A stretch of 36,098 nt of DNA, taken from NCBI RefSeq assembly GCF_004010195.1, contig NC_057754.1:6750127-6786224 (forward strand). Reading direction: 5' to 3'. The notes below the pieces were generated by a model. The model was not told the origin of the DNA, searched no databases, and saw nothing but the letters and a program-made list of their open reading frames with translations. The first letter of the stretch is position 1, and each line of letters opens with the position of its first letter. Positions 34,121 through 36,098 of the stretch are shown piece by piece. Source of the stretch: Chiloscyllium plagiosum. Lineage: Eukaryota. A program made the translations under genes and the position numbers.

Positions 34121-34209
34121 TGGTCAGCATGGACTGGTTGAGCCAAAGGGTCTGTTTCCGTGCTGCAGGACGCGATGGCTCTGTGTCTATGAGGCCATTT
34201 GTACCTCAC

Positions 34210-34525
34210 CCATAGAACAGTACAATACAGTACAGGCCCTTCGGCTCACAATGCTGTGCTGATCACGTCTCTTATGCTAAGATCAACGTAACCTGCGCAT
34301 CCATCAATTCACTGCCATCCATGTGCTTGTCCAACAGTCGCTTAAATGTCCCAAATATCCCGAACTTTACTCCCACCGCTGGCAGTGCATTCCAAACACC
34401 CACCACTCTCTGCGTAAAGAACCTACCTCTGACATCACCCCTATACCTGCCTCCAATTACCTTAAAACTATGACCCCTCATGACAGCCATTTCTGCCTTG
34501 GCGAAAGGTGCCTGGCTATCCACTC
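34210..34525 (-). mobile_element. CR1 LINE 3' fragment
   Basis: RGHSFKVIGGRYRGDVRGRFFTQRVVGVWNALP on the minus strand. Confidence 0.9.
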
Positions 34526-34529
34526 AGGG

Positions 34530-34955
34530 TTACAAGGTTGCCTGGTATGGAGGGAAGGCCTTATGAGGAAAGGCTGAGGGACTTGAGGCTGTTTTCATTA
34601 GAGAGAAAAGGTTGAGAGGTGACTGAATTGAGACATATCAGATAATCAGAGTGTTAGATAGGGTGGACAGGGAGAGCCTTTTTCCTCAGATGGTGATGGC
34701 TAGCACGAGGGGACAGAGCTTTAAATTGAGGGGTGATAGATATCGGACAGATGTCAGAGGTAGTTTCTTTACTCAGAGAGTAGTAAGGGTATGGAATGCA
34801 TTGCCTGCAACAGTTGGAGACTTGCTAACTTTAAGGGCATTTAAATGGTCATTGGATAAGCATATGGATGATAATGGGCTTCAGATTGGTTTCACAGGTC
34901 AGTGCAACATCGAGGGCCGAAGGGCCTGTACTGTGCTGGAATGTTCTATGTTTTG
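34530..34955 (+). mobile_element. CR1 LINE 3' fragment
   Basis: TRGQSFKLRGDRYRTDVRGSFFTQRVVRVWNALP and the tail gggccgaagggcctgtactgtgctg. Confidence 0.92.
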
Positions 34956-36013
34956 TAAATGCCAGCCCAGTCAGCAGCATCCCCCATCCTGTGAATGAAT
35001 AGAGGAGGGTGCCACCAACAGCTGGGTTGAGGAGGTCAGTCTGAGTGCCCGCTTTGAGGGGTAGAGAGAGAATGGGAGGAAGGGATGCCAGGGATTGGCA
35101 CCAACAAGCATGGCCGCCAATGGCAGAACAATGGGAACTGGAGGAGGGTAGCGTCAGAGGGAGGGGGAGAGAGAGAGAAAATGGGTGTCAGGGGGTGGGG
35201 GGAAGGACTTAGAGCTCATTCATGGAACAATACGGCACGGGAACAGGCACTTCGGCGAAACTCAACCAATCCCTTCCGCCTGCCCTCAGTCCACACCCGA
35301 CTTGGTCCCTCACCAACCGAGTGGCGTTCAGAAGCCGTGCGGGGGAGAAATGATCCCCTTGCCTTCGGGAGCCAAGAGACAGGCTGAGCTAACATCTGAG
35401 AGGAGAGCGGTGTTGGCAGTGACTGTGCACATTGAGCCTAATGGGTGTAATGGCCTCTCACTGCTGCCTAATGCCTGATTTTTCAGACGATTAGCTGTTC
35501 GGGAGAGAGCTGAGAAGGGAGGGGGAGCTGGGCGAGAGAGCCTTGTGTTTCTTGGTGGTGAACGACTGTTCATTCATTATTCTGATTAGACAGAGTTACC
35601 TTGACTGTCGACAGGAGCCGCAATTTGGAAGCACGCAGGGATGACAAAAGGAGCCCGGCGAATGCCAAAGCATCGTTGCTTGGAATTTTATTAAACGTAT
35701 GAAATCAATTTCTCTCCCCCGCTGTGGTAATCCAGGGCTGAAAACTTCTCTGCTTTAATTATTCCCGCATTTTGTCTGAGCGTGCGAGTCAGAAACGTTC
35801 CGGTTTTTAAAATTTGTTAAAGGAGTGATTAACGCTGGTTCTGACAGGCAAGTGCCGCTTGTGATTCTGTCCTAGCCGTTCCCCACTCGGCAGCGAGCCA
35901 GGGTATTTGGCCCTGCCCTCTGCCAGCAGATTATGCCATCAGGCACACATCCACCAGAAAAGGGCGCACACACCCCCAGCCGCACGTTGAAGACTCCCAA
36001 TGATGACGCAACT

Positions 36014-36098
36014 GACAGCACGGCACTCCCTCAGTACTGACCCTCCGACAGTGCGGCGCTCCCTCAGTACTGACCCTCCGACAGTGCGGCACTCCCTC
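36014..36098 (-). repeat. Start of another 33-bp minisatellite array (reverse orientation, runs off the window)
   Basis: cactccctcagtactgaccctccgacagtgcgg, about 2.5 copies visible. Confidence 0.93.

Larger units (their letters stand above)
32905..34190 (+). mobile_element. CR1 LINE 3' fragment hosting two nested insertions
   Basis: LVRPVLECCVQFWSP...LRGDLTEVYKIMRGMD (to 33122), resumes at about 33595-33866, and ends with the tail at 34121-34190. Confidence 0.88.

Noticed and set aside
12137..36098. Next neurexin exon ((A)GTTYIF...PNDRPST)
   Set aside because: I could not find it by eye in the unique segments, so it probably lies beyond the window. No alpha-specific exon was recognised upstream either.

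Overview
Vertebrate, repeat-dominated DNA, most likely from a shark or other elasmobranch, judged from CR1/HER1-like LINEs, HE1-like V-SINEs, a DeuSINE and Penelope-like remnants. The only host coding sequence I can support is the beta-specific first exon of neurexin-2 (NRXN2-beta, + strand, 11914-12136), so the window is inferred to lie inside nrxn2 introns. Nearly all other ORFs in the track are artefacts of three minisatellite families (51, 33 and ~70 bp), microsatellites or decayed LINE ORF2 fragments. The most interesting non-coding observations are a 6-codon uORF whose stop overlaps the NRXN2-beta ATG, a consensus RE1/REST site in the beta intron, short fold-back Penelope-type inserts with hammerhead-ribozyme cores and target-site duplications, and a 33-bp minisatellite that appears to have expanded from inside a DeuSINE. 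I found no convincing novel protein-coding system. Repeat family names and orthology come from recalled consensus sequences, not from a search, and repeat boundaries are approximate.
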